A DNA stretch of 64,000 bases from an uncultured Acidimicrobiales bacterium (GTDB lineage: Bacteria; Actinomycetota; Acidimicrobiia; Acidimicrobiales; Ilumatobacteraceae), in contig CAWCFL010000016.1 of assembly GCA_963794805.1 (NCBI GenBank), forward strand, positions 37,455 through 101,454, in the 5' to 3' direction. Every line of letters starts with the position of its first letter. Positions within the stretch are counted from its first letter, which is position 1. Under the pieces are notes generated by a model. It saw only the letters and a program-made list of their open reading frames with translations, did no database searches and was not told the DNA's origin. Both the position numbers and the translations under genes were made by a program. Shown here in pieces: positions 10,601-21,503 of the stretch.

Positions 10601-10994
10601 CAGCCGCGGCGCGGCGACGGGCCACGGCGGCGCCAGCAACGAGCAACAACCGGTCCACGGGCCCGAGCGCCGACGGCACGCCATGGTCGTCGACGAGACG
10701 ACCGAAGCGTGCTGCCGCGTCGGCGGCCCGGCCGATCCTGAGCACCTCGTCGGTCAGGCGCTGGACGAGCTCACGAGCGCCGGCGTCCTCGACGATCCGG
10801 CCGAGCCGCCGCTGGCGGCGACGCTCGGCCCGCGTGGCTTCGGCGAGCGCCCGCTCCAGGAGGGCTGCGGCGCGGCGCGCGGCCCGCTCGATCGTCTGCT
10901 CGTCGTCGGACGTGTCGGGCACGGCGTCGCCGGCTCGGCCGCTCGTCACGTCCGTGGGCGCCGGATCCACTCCGACGATGTTGCCACGGTTCAC
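7654..10994 (-). CDS. putA: Bifunctional proline dehydrogenase / 1-pyrroline-5-carboxylate dehydrogenase (PutA, ~1110 aa) interrupted by two apparent frameshifts
   Basis: Three overlapping minus-strand ORFs (9276..10994 N-terminal helical domain; 9143..10684 PRODH barrel; 7654..10287 PRODH C-terminus plus ALDH domain with FGHAGQKCSA) abut in the collinear PutA order. The frame changes at ~10600 and ~10090. The long plus-strand ORF 8002..10203 and the minus-strand ORF 7460..9106 are shadow frames. Confidence 0.75.
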
Positions 10995-11041
10995 ACCGAG
11001 CGCTCACCCGGTGGCGCAGGGGCCGCCGATAGCGTCGCTGG

Positions 11042-11963
11042 ATGCCTCGCCGCACCATGCTCGCCGCCGCCACGCTCGTCGGCGCCCTCGCACTCGCCGC
11101 TTGCGGCTCGTCCGGCTCGTCCAGCAACGGCACCGCGCCGAGCACCGCCGGTGACGGCACCGTGCTCCCTGCGGGCGACCTGCCGACGGACAGCACGCCG
11201 CCGTCGAGCACGGTGCCCAAGCCGCCCGTGAGCCTGCCCACCACCATGCCCACCTCGCTCGTCACGACCGTCGTCACACCCGGGTCGGGGACCGCCGCGG
11301 CCTCCGGGGACGTGGTCGTCGTCAACTACGTCGGCGAGCGCTCGGTCGACGGGACGGAGTTCGACAACAGCTACGACAAGGGCGCGCCGCTCCCCGTGAA
11401 GCTCGGTGCCGGGAACGTCATCAAGGGCTGGGACGACGGCCTCGTCGGCGTGCAGGCCGGCGAACGGCTGCAGCTGGACATCCCTGCTGACCTGGCCTAC
11501 GGCGACACCCCTCAGGGCGAGATCATCCAGCCCGGCGACGCGCTGTCGTTCGTCATCGACGTCGTCGCCGTCGTGCCCGCGGTCACCGCGGCCGACGAGC
11601 CGCAGATCACCGTCACCGGGGCGCCGAACCGTGAGGATCTGGTGATCGACGATCTCGTCGACGGCACGGGTGCCACGCTGCAGGACGGCCAGACGGCCGT
11701 GCTCCAGCTGATGGCCTATCGCGGCGACACCGGTGAGCAGTGTCTACAGCACGTGGGAGGACGGCCAGCCGATCGCCTTCCGCTACGGCGTCGACCAGTT
11801 GCTGCCCGGGATCGTCGACGGGGTCAAGGACATGAAGGTCGGGGGCCGCCGCCAGGTGACCATCCCGTTCGCCCAGGCGTTCGGCACGGCCGGCAGCGAG
11901 AACCTCGGCATCCCGGGCAACACCGACGTCGTCCTCGTCCTCGACCTCGTCGCCGCCTACTGA
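11042..11963 (+). CDS. FKBP-type peptidyl-prolyl cis-trans isomerase lipoprotein (two FKBP domains), frameshift ~11740
   Basis: Lipoprotein signal (LALAACGSS), a Pro/Thr-rich linker, a first FKBP domain (VVVNYVGE...GWDDGLVGVQAGERLQLDIPADLAYGD), and a second FKBP domain continuing in ORF 11733..11963 (QVTIPFAQAFGTAGS...DVVLVLDLVAAY). Confidence 0.7.
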
Positions 11964-12868
11964 GCAGCGCGGAGGTCGAGGCCGATGTCGAGCACCCGTG
12001 CCGAGTGGGTGAGCTCGCCGACGGAGATGTAGTCGACACCGGTCGCGCCGACCTCGGCAGCGTTCGCCAGCGTGAGCCCGCCGCTCGCCTCGAGCACCAC
12101 GGACGCTCCGAGCCGGGTGCGCAGCGCCACCGCGGCACGCGTCTGCTCGACGCTGAAGTTGTCGAGCAGCACCAGGTCGGCGCCGGCGTCGATGGCCACC
12201 TGCAGCCCGGCGAGATCGTCGACCTCGATCTCCACCGGGATGGTCTGCGACAAGGCGCGCACCGCGTCGAACGCCTCGGCGACGCCGCCGATCGCGGCGA
12301 CGTGGTTGTCCTTCACCAGCGCCGCGTCGCTGAGGGACATGCGGTGGTTGACACCTCCACCGCAGCGCACCGCGTACTTCTGCAGCGCACGCATCCCGGG
12401 CATCGTCTTGCGCGTGTCGCGCACACGCGCCGGAGTCCCGGCCAGTGCGTCGACCCAGCGAGCGGTGAGCGTGGCGACACCGCTGAGGTGGCACAACAGG
12501 TTCAGTGCCGAGCGCTCGGCGGTGAGCACCAGCCGGGTCGGCGCCTCGACCGAGAGCAGCACCTGGCCGGGCACGACGCGTGTCCCGTCGGCGCAACGCT
12601 GGTCGACGACGCTCGCCGCCGACCCGCAGACGACGTCGATCACCGCCGCCGCCACCGGGAGACCGGCAACGGTTCCCGCGGCGCGGGCGACGAAGTCGGC
12701 CCGACTGCGCTGACCGGCGGGCACCGTCGCCGTGGACGTCACGTCGATGCCGCCATCGAGGTCCTCGGCGACCGTGGCGCGGACGAGCATGGCCACGCCG
12801 TCGGGATCGAGGCCGACGTCGAGCAGCCGCACGCGGGTGGCGTCCCCGATCGGGTGCACCCAGCTCAT
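11957..12868 (-). CDS. nadC: Nicotinate-nucleotide pyrophosphorylase (quinolinate phosphoribosyltransferase)
   Basis: C-terminal 304 aa of ORF 11957..13696 starting MSWVHPIGD. QPRTase motifs are present (TRKTMPGMRALQKYAVRCGGGVNHR). Confidence 0.85.
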   Translation of the reverse strand: MSWVHPIGDATRVRLLDVGLDPDGVAMLVRATVAEDLDGGIDVTSTATVPAGQRSRADFVARAAGTVAGLPVAAAVIDVVCGSAASVVDQRCADGTRVVPGQVLLSVEAPTRLVLTAERSALNLLCHLSGVATLTARWVDALAGTPARVRDTRKTMPGMRALQKYAVRCGGGVNHRMSLSDAALVKDNHVAAIGGVAEAFDAVRALSQTIPVEIEVDDLAGLQVAIDAGADLVLLDNFSVEQTRAAVALRTRLGASVVLEASGGLTLANAAEVGATGVDYISVGELTHSARVLDIGLDLRAAQ

Positions 12869-12914
12869 CCGCGTCGCCCCGCTCGGCGCGGTGCCCTGCG
12901 GGGCGCCACCGCGC

Positions 12915-14606
12915 TCATCGGGCGACCGCCACCGACTCGCCGAGCACCGCCGCTGGGACCCCGACGACCGCCGGGACACCGAGGTCGTCGAGGCGCACGT
13001 CGAGGTGGACGAGCCAGACGTCGCGTGGTTCGGAGTGATCCGTCCGCCGGTGGCAGCCGCGGCTCTCGGTGCGCGCCGTCGCCGCGGCGACCACGGCGGA
13101 CGCAACGGTGAGCAGGTTGGTCGCTTCGAAGGCCCGGCGAGAGGGCTCGACCGCCGCCGACGACGCCGCGGCCACGTCGGCCAACGTCGCGGCCGCAGCG
13201 CGCAATCCCTCGGGACGGCGCAGCACCCCGACGTGGCGGGACATCGTCGACCGCACGGCCGCGCGCTGGTCCGGGTCGACGAGCGCGCCGGCGTCGTCGT
13301 CGGGCGCATCGGCGGCGATCGCGCCCGGCAGCTCCCAGGCGAGGTCGCGCCCGACACGCGTCCCGGCGACGACGCCCTCGGTGAGGCTGTTGCTCGCCAG
13401 ACGGTTCGCGCCGTGCACGCCGGTGCAGGCACTCTCCCCGACCGCGTACAGGCCGGCGAGCTCTGTACGACCGGAGAGGTCCGCGGTGACGCCACCGCAG
13501 GCGAAATGGGCCGCCGGGGCGACCGGGATGCGCTCGCGGGCCGGGTCGATGCCGGCAGCCCGGCAGGCCGCGGTGATCGACGGGAAGCGCTGGTAGAACC
13601 GCTCGCCGAGGTGCGTCGCATCGAGGAACACGTGGTCGTCCACGCCGGCCGGCGCTTCGGCCATCCGCCGGTTGATCGCGGCGGCGACGACGTCACGCGG
13701 GGCGAGATCCTCCTGCGGGTGCACGCCGGCCATCACCCGCGCACCGGCCGCGTCGTAGAGCACGGCGCCCTCACCGCGCACCGCCTCGCTGATGAGGGCC
13801 TGCTGCCCCGTCGCCTCGTGCCCGGCCCACAGCACCGTCGGGTGGAACTGGACGAACTCCACGTCGCGTGCGGCGAGCCCGGCGCGCAACGCCAGCGCCA
13901 GACCGTCGCCGGTGACCGCAGGCGGGTTCGACGTGCTGGCGAACACCTGCCCGTACCCCCCGGTCGCGAGGACCACGGCACGGGCCGTGATGGTGCCGAC
14001 CGAGCGCACCGCTCCGGCGGCGTCGATCCGGGCGATGCGGACGCCGGCTGCCTGTCGCGCCCCGTCCGCGCCCGTGCCGATCAGCAGGTCGAGGGCGAAG
14101 GCCCGGTCGAGCACCTCGACCCCGGCGCCGAGCGCGTTCTCGTCGAGCGTGCGCTGCACCTCGGCGCCGCTGCGATCGCCGCCGGAGTGGACGATGCGGT
14201 TGTGGCTGTGGCCGCCCTCGCGGGTGAGCGCCGGTCCCCCGCCGTCGTGGCTCGGGTCGAACGCCGCGCCCAGGCGCATCAGGTAGCGCAGCGCCTTGGG
14301 CGCCTCGCTGACGAGCATGCGCACGGCGTGCTCGTCGCACAGTCCGGCTCCTGCTGCGAGGGTGTCACGGACGTGGTTCTCCAGCGAGTCCTGCGGATCG
14401 AGCACGCCGGCCAACCCGCCCTGCGCCCATGCCGTGCTGCCCGCGTCGAGCGTGTCCTTGGTGACGATGAGCACGCTGCGCACGGGGCGCACGGCGAGCG
14501 CCGCGGCGAGGCCGGCCGCGCCCGAGCCGAGCACGACGACGTCGACATCGCGCTCCCACGTGGGCGCGGGCGCGAGCAGACGGCGGGGATGGGCACCGAG
14601 GTTCAC
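12915..14606 (-). CDS. nadB: L-aspartate oxidase
   Basis: 563 aa with FAD-binding VVVLGSGAAGL, RSHNRIVHSGG-like and HGANRLASNSL motifs. Lies directly upstream of nadC. Confidence 0.9.
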   Translation of the reverse strand: MNLGAHPRRLLAPAPTWERDVDVVVLGSGAAGLAAALAVRPVRSVLIVTKDTLDAGSTAWAQGGLAGVLDPQDSLENHVRDTLAAGAGLCDEHAVRMLVSEAPKALRYLMRLGAAFDPSHDGGGPALTREGGHSHNRIVHSGGDRSGAEVQRTLDENALGAGVEVLDRAFALDLLIGTGADGARQAAGVRIARIDAAGAVRSVGTITARAVVLATGGYGQVFASTSNPPAVTGDGLALALRAGLAARDVEFVQFHPTVLWAGHEATGQQALISEAVRGEGAVLYDAAGARVMAGVHPQEDLAPRDVVAAAINRRMAEAPAGVDDHVFLDATHLGERFYQRFPSITAACRAAGIDPARERIPVAPAAHFACGGVTADLSGRTELAGLYAVGESACTGVHGANRLASNSLTEGVVAGTRVGRDLAWELPGAIAADAPDDDAGALVDPDQRAAVRSTMSRHVGVLRRPEGLRAAAATLADVAAASSAAVEPSRRAFEATNLLTVASAVVAAATARTESRGCHRRTDHSEPRDVWLVHLDVRLDDLGVPAVVGVPAAVLGESVAVAR

Positions 14607-14613
14607 GACGACG

Positions 14614-15615
<1,002 letters not shown>

Positions 15616-15716
15616 CGGGCCAGGCTACGGGCGCGCTCCTCGGCGGACCGGCCGGTTGTTCGCCGATTCACGAGGACGAGTGAGCGCGCCACCAAGGTCG
15701 ACCCGGGCAACCACCG

Positions 15717-16328
15717 TCAGATGTTCACGCGGCGCGGCTGGCCCACATCGCCGCGAGCTGGACACCGGCGATGCCGGCCACGGCCAACCCGCCCAACACC
15801 GCGACGCGCTCGGGCTCGTGATCGAAGCGCAGCGCGCTCGGCCGTGCCGGCGTCGCTGATCACCGTGACCACGCGGGCCCGCCGACGCATCGTGTGGCCG
15901 TCAGGGCGGGGCAGCGGCGCCGCAACCGGTTCCCAGCGAGTCACCGAGAGCGCGACCGCGTCGTACCGGCGCACGGCGTCGGCGCAGGAGCCGCCGAGGA
16001 CGAGCCCCGTGGCATCGTCGGCCTCACCGACGAAGGTCAGTCGTGCGGCAGGTTCGCCCGGCTCGGCGAACGCGTCGGCATCGAGCACTTCCACCCCGTA
16101 GAGGCGGGCCGGCGACAGGCCGCCGTCGCCCGACTCGTGCAACCGGTGCTCGACCCAGGCGGCGACGGACCCGGCCTCGGGCTCGACGAATGGCGGACGG
16201 CGGCGGGGTCGATCGTGCTGTTCCATCACCGACACTGAGCGACGACGAGAAGCCGCCGGCGGCAAGCGATCAACCACAAAGCGTTCCCTCGCCGCGCCGA
16301 CAGGAGTGGTGGGCCGGCGGTGACGCAT
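15717..16328 (-). CDS. Hypothetical protein upstream of nadA (possibly frameshifted)
   Basis: ORF of 203 aa. Only the N-terminal ~110 aa (MEQHDRP...VTRWEPVAAP) look protein-like; no recognisable motif. Confidence 0.3.
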   Translation of the reverse strand: MRHRRPTTPVGAARERFVVDRLPPAASRRRSVSVMEQHDRPRRRPPFVEPEAGSVAAWVEHRLHESGDGGLSPARLYGVEVLDADAFAEPGEPAARLTFVGEADDATGLVLGGSCADAVRRYDAVALSVTRWEPVAAPLPRPDGHTMRRRARVVTVISDAGTAERAALRSRARARRGVGRVGRGRHRRCPARGDVGQPRRVNI

Positions 16329-16427
16329 GTGGCGAACCGGGTCCGTTCGAGCCGGACCTGGTCCCGAGCCCGGTCCGGACGCGGCCGAGGGGCCGGCACC
16401 CGCCGGCCCCTCGGTGTGCGGGCTGCG

Positions 16428-16715
16428 TCAGTGGTGGATGGCCCGGCGACCCTGCACGGCGCGGTAGACGAGCAGCACGATGACGGCGCCGACGACCGAG
16501 CCGATCAGCCCGGACGCCTGGAACGCACCGTCCTCGCCGTCCTTGTGGAACAGCAGGTAGCCGAGGAACCCCCCGACGAACGAGCCGACGATGCCGAGCA
16601 GCAGGGTCTGGCCCACGGTCATGGGGTCGGCGCCCGGAACGAGCAGCCGTGCCAGGAAGCCGGCGATGAGGCCGATCACGAGTAGGAACAAGATGAAGCC
16701 GATCACGGTTTGACT
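16428..16715 (-). CDS. GlsB/YeaQ/YmgE-family transglycosylase-associated small membrane protein (~95 aa)
   Basis: GTG start preceded by AAGGAG. Sequence IGFILFLLVIGLIAGFLARLLVPG...GIVGSFVGGFLGYLLF... The long ORF 16428..17282 is an upstream shadow extension. Confidence 0.7.
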   Translation of the reverse strand, partial: SQTVIGFILFLLVIGLIAGFLARLLVPGADPMTVGQTLLLGIVGSFVGGFLGYLLFHKDGEDGAFQASGLIGSVVGAVIVLLVYRAVQGRRAIHH

Positions 16716-16811
16716 CCTTGGTGTTGACGGCGGGACAGCCGTTCGTCCTCTCTGTGACCCGCACGGAGGTTCGCCCAAACATCGTCGGTCGCCCATTTCC
16801 GAAGCTCGACG

Positions 16812-16837
16812 TGGAACAAATCGGCTCCGATCTGTGT
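16812..16837 (+). promoter_or_regulatory. ECF-sigma (SigH/SigE/SigR-type) promoter-like element GGAACA-N17-GTT, ~14 nt upstream of the sigma factor start
   Basis: GGAACAAATCGGCTCCGATCTGTGTTCC matches the GGAA(C/T)-N16-18-GTT consensus used by oxidative/envelope-stress ECF sigmas to drive sigB-like genes. It also forms a GGAACA/TGTTCC inverted repeat. Confidence 0.45.
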
Positions 16838-16850
16838 TCCAACCTTCGAC

Positions 16851-17678
16851 ATGACTGACGCAATCGGCACCTACCTCAACCAGATCGGCGAAGTGGCCCT
16901 CCTCACCGCGGCCGAAGAGCGCGAGCTCGCCCAGGTGATCGAAGACGGCCGCGACGCCAAGCAGCGCCTCGACGCCGGCGAGCGGGGTGTGGCGCTGAAG
17001 CGCCGCGCACGCGCCGGAGCCGCCGCCAAGGATCGCTTCATCCGGGCCAACCTCCGGCTCGTGGTGTCCATCGCCCGGCGGTACCCCCTGCCGCAGGGCA
17101 TGGACCTCGGCGACATCATCCAGGAGGGCAACCTCGGCCTCGAGCACGCCGTCGACAAGTTCGACTGGCGTCGTGGCTACAAGTTCTCGACCTACGCGAC
17201 GTTCTGGATCCGCCAGTCCATCGGGCGGGCGCTGGACCAGAAGGGCAACCTCATCCGCATCCCCGGCGACCGGGCTGCGCACCTTCGCTCGCTGTTGCGC
17301 CAGGTGGGCGGCGACGCCGACCAGCTCGACGCGACCAATGCCGAGCTGTACCGCCTGACCTCCAACGTGTCGCTGGACAAGACCATCGGCGACGACGGCG
17401 ACGCGTCGCTCGCGGATCTCATCGCCGGCGACCAGGCCACACCGGAGGACGCGGTGCTCGCCGCGGTGGACGGCGATCTGCTCGACGAGCTGCTCGGTCT
17501 GCTCGACGAGCGCAGTCGCTATGCAGTGGAGTCCCGCTACGGGCTCTTCGACGGCGAGAAGCGCAGCTTCCGGGCCATCGGCGAGCGCCTGGGCATCACC
17601 GCCGAGGCGGCCCGTCGGCTGACCAACCGGGCGATCGATCGTCTGCGCGACGACGTCGACCGGGTGCTCGCGGCCTGA
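16851..17678 (+). CDS. RNA polymerase sigma factor, sigma-70 family (group 2-like, short, 275 aa)
   Basis: Regions 1.2 through 4 are present (DKFDWRRGYKFSTYATFWIRQSIGRAL, C-terminal HTH ...FRAIGERLGITAEAARRLTNRAIDRLR). There is no region 1.1. Confidence 0.8.
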   Translation: MTDAIGTYLNQIGEVALLTAAEERELAQVIEDGRDAKQRLDAGERGVALKRRARAGAAAKDRFIRANLRLVVSIARRYPLPQGMDLGDIIQEGNLGLEHAVDKFDWRRGYKFSTYATFWIRQSIGRALDQKGNLIRIPGDRAAHLRSLLRQVGGDADQLDATNAELYRLTSNVSLDKTIGDDGDASLADLIAGDQATPEDAVLAAVDGDLLDELLGLLDERSRYAVESRYGLFDGEKRSFRAIGERLGITAEAARRLTNRAIDRLRDDVDRVLAA

Positions 17679-17687
17679 CGCGGTCGG

Positions 17688-18746
17688 TCAGCGCGGCGGC
17701 TTCGCCGTGCTGGCTCGCACGACCAACTCGGTCGGCAACACGAGGTGGCGCGCACGTCCGTTCCCGCCGGCGCGCGCTCGCGCGATCGTCTCGACGAGCG
17801 CGGCTGCGGAGTCGCGCCCCTTCGCTGCGACGTCCTGGCGCACCGTCGTCAGCGCGGGGCGCGCCTGGCGGGCCAGCGGGTTGTCGTCGAAGCCGACGAC
17901 GGACACGTCGTCGGGCACACGGCGCCCGAGGTCGACGAGAGCACGTGAGACGCCGAGGGCGATGACATCCGAGAAGCACAGCACGGCGGTGATCGTCGGG
18001 TCGCGGGCGAGCAGCGCGCGGACGCCCGGTTCACCGCGATCGTCGGCGGCGTAGGCCTCCTGGTACACCACCGGGTCGATCCCTGCGGCGCGCAGCGCCT
18101 CGATCCAGCCGAGCAGCCGCTGACGCTGGACGTGCCCGACGGCCACGTGCAACGGATCGTCGACCAGGCCGAACGGGCCGTCGACGGCGCTGGTGACGAT
18201 CCCCACCCGGCGGTGACCGAGAGCGATCAGATGCTCCGCCGCCTGCCGCGCCCCGCCCCGATCGTCGATGTTCACGCTCGGCACACCGGCCGCGCGGTCC
18301 TGGTCGACGAACACCAGCGGCACCCGGCGGCGGCGCAGCCAGTCCAGCGACGTCGAGTCGGCGCCGCAGCTGTAGACCAACGCCCCATCCATCGGCAGGT
18401 CGCGGGCCGGGATCAGGTCGGCGCGCGTCGACGAGGTCAGCAACGTGAGGGCCAGCCCCGTCGGGGCGAGCTCGGCCGCGACGGCCGCCATGAAGCCGGC
18501 AGCCACCTCGTCGCTGAACGCCAGGTGCAACGAGTCGGTGAGCAGCACGCCGACCGTGCCGGTGGTCCCCCTGGCGAGCGCGCGCCCTGCCGGATCAGGG
18601 CCGGCGTAGCCGAGGTCGGCTGCTGCGGCGAGGATGCGTCCACGCAGATCGGTGGACAGCTGGTCGGGTCGGGAGAACGCGTTGGACACGGTCATGCGGC
18701 TGACGCCGACGCGATCGGCGATCGTCTGCAAGGTCACCCGGGCCAC
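17688..18746 (-). CDS. LacI-family transcriptional regulator
   Basis: N-terminal HTH MARVTLQTIADRVGVSRMTVSNAF plus a periplasmic-binding-protein-like sugar-binding core. Confidence 0.85.
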   Translation of the reverse strand: MARVTLQTIADRVGVSRMTVSNAFSRPDQLSTDLRGRILAAAADLGYAGPDPAGRALARGTTGTVGVLLTDSLHLAFSDEVAAGFMAAVAAELAPTGLALTLLTSSTRADLIPARDLPMDGALVYSCGADSTSLDWLRRRRVPLVFVDQDRAAGVPSVNIDDRGGARQAAEHLIALGHRRVGIVTSAVDGPFGLVDDPLHVAVGHVQRQRLLGWIEALRAAGIDPVVYQEAYAADDRGEPGVRALLARDPTITAVLCFSDVIALGVSRALVDLGRRVPDDVSVVGFDDNPLARQARPALTTVRQDVAAKGRDSAAALVETIARARAGGNGRARHLVLPTELVVRASTAKPPR

Positions 18747-18941
18747 ACGCTCGATTCTGTCGTGCGGCCTGTCGTCGCGTCCCGGTCAGGCCCGGCGTCG
18801 CCGCCGAGTGCGGCTGGGCCTCGACCTCGTCGGCGGAAGCTCGCCGCTCGGTCTCCGACGCTGGACGGCGACGCTGGACTGCGTGTGAGCCGGAACTGGG
18901 CGGTCCGCTGGACAGCGTGGCCGGACAGCGTGGCCGACGGC

Positions 18942-19118
18942 TCAGCCGAGGCGGCCGAGGTGCGCGCTCGGCGCGGCCGCCCGCCGGGGCCGGCGCACGG
19001 CACCGGCGACGCGGACGAACGCATGCGCCACGCGCTGGCGGGGCGGGACGTCGTGGTGCGGCACGTGGTGGTGGGCCTGTTGTGCCCAGAGATCGGCGAT
19101 GACGAACGTGGGAGGCAT
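18942..19118 (-). CDS. Candidate His-rich micro-ORF (58 aa, MPPTFVIADLWAQQAHHHVPHHDV...)
   Basis: ATG preceded by GAGAGGAGGGG 5 nt upstream. GC3 ~90%. It lies immediately downstream of a TTGACC-N17-TACTGT promoter overlapped by two LacI-type palindromes. It is below the size cutoff of the ORF track. Confidence 0.35.
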   Translation of the reverse strand: MPPTFVIADLWAQQAHHHVPHHDVPPRQRVAHAFVRVAGAVRRPRRAAAPSAHLGRLG

Positions 19119-19141
19119 CGGGCCCCTCCTCTCAAGAGTTT

Positions 19142-19180
19142 CTGTACCGATACAGTATCGAGAGATCTGTACCGGTCAAG
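19142..19180. promoter_or_regulatory. AT-rich patch with two LacI-family operator-like palindromes (CTGTACCGATACAG and CTGTACCGGTCAAG) overlapping a minus-strand sigma70-like promoter
   Basis: Both sites approximate the palindrome CTGTACCGGTACAG. On the minus strand, TTGACC (19180..19175), a 17-bp spacer and TACTGT (19157..19152) read toward the micro-ORF and the LacI gene. Local GC is ~45% in a 72% GC genome. Confidence 0.45.
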
Positions 19181-19307
19181 TCAGCACGGCTGTGAACCCG
19201 GTCACCCCGAACCCCTCGCACCTGTCGCGCCCGCACGCCCGGGAGACGTCGTCGGCGGCGCGACACGAACGTCGGTGGCGCCGGGGCGCAGGTCGACGAT
19301 CTGGGCC

Positions 19308-19970
19308 TCAGTGGACGAGCGCGCCGATCGTCGCGGCGGCGTCGGCCACGTCGGCGCCGAACCGCCTCGCCGGCTCCCGGCTGAGCCGTTCGACCGGGCC
19401 ACTGACGCTCACCGCAGCGATCACCCGACCGTGACGGTCCACGACGGGCGCGCTCACCGAGGCGACGCCGGGCTCACGCTCCTCGACGCTGGCGACGACT
19501 CGCGAGGACGCGTCGGATCCTGTCCGGACGTCGTCCGCGGCGAGCACGCGGCCGGCGGACCCGACGCCGAGTGGCAGCACCGCCCCCTGCGCCACGGTCC
19601 AGCGCAGCGCGTGCGGCGACGGCAGCGAGACGATGCAGCGGCGGGAACCGCCCTCGCGGACGTACAGCTGCACGCTCTCGCCAGTGCGCTCACGCAGCGC
19701 CTCGAGCGCCGGAGCGGCGGCGTCGGCGAGGGGGAACTCGTCGGCGGCGACGCGCCCGAGCCGGATCAGCTCGAAGCCGAGGCAGAACCGGCCGGCGACG
19801 TCGCGGCGCAACAGGTGGTGCTGCTCCAGCGCCACGGCCAGTCGATGGCAGGTCGCCCGCGGCTGTCCGGTGGCCGCCTGCAGGCCGGCGAGGTCGAGCG
19901 GGCCGTCGGCGACGGCGCGCAGGATGGCCACCCCTTTGTCGATCACCCCGACACCGCCTATGCTGTCCAC
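19308..19970 (-). CDS. IclR-family transcriptional regulator, divergent from leuCD (LtbR-like)
   Basis: 220 aa with an N-terminal wHTH ([33 protein letters not shown]) and a C-terminal IclR effector domain. The divergent arrangement with leuC-leuD mirrors the Corynebacterium LtbR locus. Confidence 0.75.
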   Translation of the reverse strand: MDSIGGVGVIDKGVAILRAVADGPLDLAGLQAATGQPRATCHRLAVALEQHHLLRRDVAGRFCLGFELIRLGRVAADEFPLADAAAPALEALRERTGESVQLYVREGGSRRCIVSLPSPHALRWTVAQGAVLPLGVGSAGRVLAADDVRTGSDASSRVVASVEEREPGVASVSAPVVDRHGRVIAAVSVSGPVERLSREPARRFGADVADAAATIGALVH

Positions 19971-20056
19971 GGACGAGAATGCTATCCCAACATGTGGGAT
20001 CCTGCACTCGTGCCGGGCGTGCCGACCGACGCGCCGAACGAGGAGGCGACCCGCAC

Positions 20057-21503
20057 ATGCCGAGACCGACGACGTTGCCCGAGAAGGTGTGGGAGCGCCA
20101 CGTGGTGCACCGCGCCCCGGGCGAACCCGACCTGCTGTACATCGACCTGCACCTCGTGCACGAGGTGACCAGCCCGCAGGCGTTCGACGGCCTGCGACTC
20201 AACGGCCGCACCGTGCGCCGGCCGGATCTGACCATCGCCACCGAGGACCACAACGTGCCCACCGAGCACATCGATCAGCCGATCGCCGACCCGATCTCGG
20301 CCCGCCAGGTCGAGGTGCTGCGGGAGAACACCCGTGAGTTCGGCATCACCAGCTTCCCGATGGGCGACCCCGGGCAGGGCATCGTGCACATCATCGGTCC
20401 CGAGCAGGGCCGCACGATGCCGGGCATGACGATCGTCTGCGGCGACAGCCACACGGCCACCCACGGCGCGTTCGGCGCGCTCGCCTTCGGCATCGGCACC
20501 AGCGAGGTGGAGCACGTCCTGGCCACCCAGTCGCTGCCGCAGACCCGTCCGAAGTGGATGAGCGTCACCGTCGACGGCGAGCTCGGCGCAGGTGTCACGG
20601 CCAAGGACGTCGTGCTGGCGATCATCGGCACCATCGGTACCGGCGGGGGCATCGGGCACGTCATCGAGTACCGCGGCTCGGCGATCCGCGCCCTGTCGAT
20701 GGAGGGGCGGATGACGGTGTGCAACATGAGCATCGAGGCCGGCGCGAAGGCCGGGATGATCGCCCCGGACGAGACCACGTTCGAGTACCTCCACGGCCGG
20801 GCCAACGCCCCTGCGGGCGAAGCCTGGGACGCGGCGGTCGCCGACTGGCGCGCGCTGCGCACCGACGACGGCGCCGAGTGGGACAAGGAGGTGGTCATCG
20901 ACGCCGCCACGATCACGCCGCAGGTCAGCTGGGGCACGAACCCGGGCCAGGTGGCCGGGATCGATGCCGTCGTCCCCTCCCCCGACGACTACGCCGATCC
21001 CACCACCCGGGAGAGCGTGCAACGCGCGCTCGAGTACATGGACCTCACGCCGGGCACGGCGCTCCGCGACATCACCGTCGACACGGTGTTCATCGGCAGC
21101 TGCACCAACGGACGGATCGAGGACCTGCGTGCCGCGGCCGACGTGCTGCGCGGCCGGCACGTGACGCGCGAAGCGGGTGATGATCGTCCCCGGGAGCCAC
21201 GCGGTGAAGGCCCAGGCCGAAGCCGAAGGGCTCGGCGAGGTGTTCCGCGACGCGGGCGCCGACTGGCGCGAGCCGGGCTGCAGCATGTGCCTGGCGATGA
21301 ACCCCGACAAGCTGGCCCCCGGCGAGCGGGCGGCGAGCACCAGCAACCGCAACTTCGAAGGGCGCCAGGGCCGCGGTGGGCGCACCCACCTGGTGAGCCC
21401 GGCGGTCGCCGCGGCCACCGCCGTCGCCGGCCACTTCGCCACCCCATCCGATCTCGACGGGCCGCTCACGCCCGCACGGACGACGCAGGAGGACGTGTCA
21501 TGA
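20057..21503 (+). CDS. leuC: 3-isopropylmalate dehydratase large subunit, frameshift ~21165-21180
   Basis: AGGAGG RBS; [17 protein letters not shown]...[27 protein letters not shown]... through ~21160. The C-terminus (MMIVPGS...[12 protein letters not shown]...NRNFEGRQG) continues in ORF 21177..21503. The 837-aa ORF 19571..22084 is an artefactual fusion of leuC and leuD frames. Confidence 0.8.
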
